In this document: positions 61,223 to 64,000 of the stretch, one piece after another
Layout of the letters: the number at the start of each line of letters is the position of its first letter
How positions within the stretch are numbered: position 1 is the stretch's first letter
From: a virus
IMG/VR virus record: IMGVR_UViG_3300033998_000095
Span: 32,001-96,000 of that record
Direction: 5' to 3' (one strand)
Length of the DNA: 64,000 nt
Position numbers and translations under genes: made by a program
The notes under the pieces: model-generated
The model's database searches: none
The model's input: the letters and a program-made list of their open reading frames with translations, nothing else
What the model was told of the DNA's origin: nothing

Positions 61223-61846
61223 ATGCGTGAACCAATGTTTTTTAATTTACAATGTTCTTTAGTTGATCATCCTGAGACAATTTCTGCTGTTGTTTATACC
61301 AGATTCTGTAATTGGAATTGCTGGGGTTGCCATAATATGAAGTATTTATTAAAAGGCAAAGATCTGGTATCATATACAATGGAAGATATAATTCAAGCTG
61401 CTAAGAACCCACTTGTTGAATTATTAATTATTACTGGTGGAGAACCTCTTATTCAGGGTGATGAATTTATAGATGCTTTGAGATATCTTAGGCGGAATAT
61501 AGAGAAACCAATTAGATTAGATACCAATGGTACTTCTCCTGAATTAGTGAAACAGGTAAAAGAAGAAGGATTAGTAGATGGGTTTGCTGTAGATGTCAAG
61601 TTTCCATATTGGTTAGAAGATCATGATAATATTTTACAAAAGATAACTGGTACAAAAGATATTGATAAGAGTGCTATACTTAAGACTATGAAGCTGGTTG
61701 ATGGTATGCCTTTTAGTTTATTTAGGACAGTTAAATATCCTATATTGTCAAATGAGCTTTTATCTTGTATAACTACATATATGAAGGATAATTTTACGTC
61801 ACCACATTTTGTGAACACATATTATACGTTTAATAATGTACAATAA
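61223..61846 (+). CDS. nrdG: Anaerobic RNR activating radical-SAM enzyme
   Basis: SLVDHP, CNWNCWGCHN, ITGGEP, LDTNG, AVDVK. Confidence 0.92.
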   Translation: MREPMFFNLQCSLVDHPETISAVVYTRFCNWNCWGCHNMKYLLKGKDLVSYTMEDIIQAAKNPLVELLIITGGEPLIQGDEFIDALRYLRRNIEKPIRLDTNGTSPELVKQVKEEGLVDGFAVDVKFPYWLEDHDNILQKITGTKDIDKSAILKTMKLVDGMPFSLFRTVKYPILSNELLSCITTYMKDNFTSPHFVNTYYTFNNVQ

Positions 61847-61875
61847 TAAAATTATTTAAGGAGGATATAATTATC

Positions 61876-63429
61876 ATGTCAAAGTATACTGAAATAGTTG
61901 ACAAATATCTTAATAGGGATGACATTTCCAGGCATAATAGTAATTTGGTTTATTCTTTACCTGCACTTAATTCAACATTATATGGTGAAGCAAGTAAAGA
62001 ATATTGGTTTGAAAAGGTGTACCCATCATATGCCAGTAAATTGCATGAAGAAGGATGGCTATATATACATAATTTGAGCATATTAGGTCCATATTGTTCT
62101 GGATATTCTGCTGAAGATATAGCTATGAAAGGACTTAATTCCACTGCTGTAAATGGATTAAAGACAGCCCCTCCCAAACATGTACATAGTCTTTTAGGTC
62201 AGTGCAGTAATTTTATTGCATTAATTTCTCAAGAAATACATGGTGCATGTGCTATAAATGATATTACAACAGTAGTGGCAGCCTATCTGTTTGTTGAAAG
62301 AGAGTTATTAAACAGAAATGTTGATTATCAAGATCTAATTAATGCATGGCAGCATTTTATATTTGAAATTAATGTTCCTTTTAGAGCAGGTAATAGTTCT
62401 TTTTCTAATATCACAATGGCATTTGGAGGACCAGATGCTGCTTTAAAGGATGAATTTATTGTATTTGGTGGAAACCATTTAATTAAAAATACTGTTATAC
62501 GTTCTGGAAATACAGAGATTAAACTTGATAGAGATTATAAGTATTCAGATGTACCTGCAAAATATTATGATGAAGTGAATAAAGCATTTATAGAGACTTT
62601 TGCAAAAGGAGATAATAGTGGAAAACCATTCAGTTTTCCTTTGATTACAGTTAATATAACTGATAATTTTGATTTTGATAATGAAATATTTAATATGCTA
62701 CTTGAAGAAATGGATAAATGGGGTGGAGTATATTTTGAAAATTATAGAACCAAACCATTTCTTGAAGATAGCAAATATAAACAATTAAACAAGTATATTA
62801 AAGCTAGAAATATGGAGATGCAGAAATCATTTTGTTGTAGATTTCAAGTCTCTTTAGAGGATATATTGAAAATAAATAGTGGTATATTTAGAAGTGGTTC
62901 TGGTGTGGGTGGTGTTGGTGTATTTAATATTAATCTAAATAGAATTGGATATATAGCTCAAGGTGATTGGGATATATATTTCACTATTTTAGATGATCTT
63001 ATGGAGAAAGCTGAAGAATTAGCACAGGCTAAGAGATGTTTTATAGAAGCGCATAAAGAACTATATCCTTACTTTTTCTTTTATAACCAATCTCTAGATT
63101 CTTATTTTAATGTTATATCTATTTGTGGTGGACATGAATCTCTTATGAATATGGGTTATTCAAAGGGATTACTTTCTGAAGATGGTATTGTTGCTGCTAC
63201 TAAAATAGGTGATTTTATGTGCAAGAAAGTTAATGCACTTATTAAGAGAGATAATATTCCTATAAATTTAGAATATGCTCCATCAGAATCTGCTGCTCCA
63301 AAGATGGCTAAAGCTGATTTGAGTTTCCAGAAATGGATAGAGAATGAGATGCAACCTGAAGATAAGTTTTCCTTTTTCAAGGATATCATAAAGCAGCAGT
63401 ATGAAAAGGGAGTATTCTTTGAGGATTGA
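61876..63429 (+). CDS. nrdD: Class III ribonucleotide reductase NrdD, N-terminal catalytic-barrel part
   Basis: LYIHNL...PYC, FSNIT, PFSFPLIT, SFCCR finger loop, INLNR, EYAPSES; stops before the glycyl-radical domain. Confidence 0.9.
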   Translation: MSKYTEIVDKYLNRDDISRHNSNLVYSLPALNSTLYGEASKEYWFEKVYPSYASKLHEEGWLYIHNLSILGPYCSGYSAEDIAMKGLNSTAVNGLKTAPPKHVHSLLGQCSNFIALISQEIHGACAINDITTVVAAYLFVERELLNRNVDYQDLINAWQHFIFEINVPFRAGNSSFSNITMAFGGPDAALKDEFIVFGGNHLIKNTVIRSGNTEIKLDRDYKYSDVPAKYYDEVNKAFIETFAKGDNSGKPFSFPLITVNITDNFDFDNEIFNMLLEEMDKWGGVYFENYRTKPFLEDSKYKQLNKYIKARNMEMQKSFCCRFQVSLEDILKINSGIFRSGSGVGGVGVFNINLNRIGYIAQGDWDIYFTILDDLMEKAEELAQAKRCFIEAHKELYPYFFFYNQSLDSYFNVISICGGHESLMNMGYSKGLLSEDGIVAATKIGDFMCKKVNALIKRDNIPINLEYAPSESAAPKMAKADLSFQKWIENEMQPEDKFSFFKDIIKQQYEKGVFFED

Positions 63430-63454
63430 CATTGAAAGTACATAATGCTATAAT
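63426..63454 (+). promoter_or_regulatory. Consensus sigma70-type promoter
   Basis: TTGACA-N17-TATAAT with extended -10 TG. Confidence 0.85.
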
Positions 63455-63538
63455 CAAAATGATATATATTACATATTAACTTAATAAACTATTTTTTAAT
63501 ATTTTAAATTATGATTATCTGTGGAGGTAATTGTAATA

Positions 63539-64000
63539 ATGGCTTCCAATTCCTATATACAGGACAGAACACGTAGAAAGAATGTTAGCAGAATTATTGA
63601 TAAAGTAATTATACGTGATTATGTCTCCAATCATTTTCAAACAGCTGTCTTTAGCTTAGAAGATATGGATACTCAAGATAATATATTTTCTAAGTTTGAT
63701 ATTATTTATGGTATTGATCATTTTCACTTTGCAAAGAATGAGCGTGCTAAATTGACAACATTTGCGACATCTAATAGAATATGTTTTTATACCAGTACAC
63801 CAAAGTATTATTTTCAGATTAAATTTCATCGTAGTACATATGAAACAGAATATGAAAAATGGAAAAGATATATAGAGAATTCAAAACAATTTCAAAAAGA
63901 GTTTCTCATTATACCAACCTATTTTATTCAATCTATTGTACAAGAGGATTTGAGACGTTTAATTGAATGGTATCTTGCAAAAGATTGGAAAGTAGAAGAT
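63539..64000 (+). CDS. Hypothetical protein (runs off window)
   Basis: GGAGGT SD; open frame MASNSYIQDRTRRKN... to the window edge; not in the track. Confidence 0.65.
   Translation, partial: MASNSYIQDRTRRKNVSRIIDKVIIRDYVSNHFQTAVFSLEDMDTQDNIFSKFDIIYGIDHFHFAKNERAKLTTFATSNRICFYTSTPKYYFQIKFHRSTYETEYEKWKRYIENSKQFQKEFLIIPTYFIQSIVQEDLRRLIEWYLAKDWKVED

Noticed and set aside
494-63443. Many short antisense ORFs in the track (e.g. 13825-14310, 15520-16044, 26228-26677, 55217-55723)
   Set aside because: They are shadows of well-supported genes on the opposite strand and show no recognisable motifs.
1-64000. tRNA/rRNA genes or stop-codon reassignment
   Set aside because: No cloverleaf or rRNA sequence was recognised by eye, and the standard code gives dense, full-length ORFs.

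Overview
A 64-kb AT-rich segment of a large contractile-tailed bacteriophage genome with a T4-like head module. Consensus TTGACA-N17-TATAAT promoters, GGAGG Shine-Dalgarno sites and a class III ribonucleotide reductase point to an anaerobic bacterial host, probably Firmicutes-like (inference). Genes run mostly on the minus strand left of a 1.27-kb non-coding, palindrome-containing region (36129-37397, candidate replication origin) and on the plus strand right of it. Left arm: terminase, baseplate and tail-fibre genes, major capsid, prohead protease, portal, DnaB-like helicase, family-B DNA polymerase. Right arm: PAAR, Cas4-like nuclease, Kelch propeller, clamp loader, primase, clamp, RNase H, resolvase, RecA, SF2 helicase, class III RNR. 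Most notable: (1) a UDG-fused PolB broken at its catalytic YGD|TDS motif by a split intein, with an opposite-strand cassette encoding an AcrIII-1-like (DUF1874) ring nuclease between the halves; (2) NrdD split into two genes in permuted order, with a mini-intein in the C-terminal gene; (3) two IscB/omegaRNA elements plus a ~200-bp TnpB-derived miniature element that sits in a hairpin loop and may express a stand-alone omegaRNA; (4) a 7-blade Kelch protein with DNA-level repeats and hypervariable loops; (5) a GAF/PAS-PAS protein with no output domain. All family calls come from motif recognition by eye; no database search was run.
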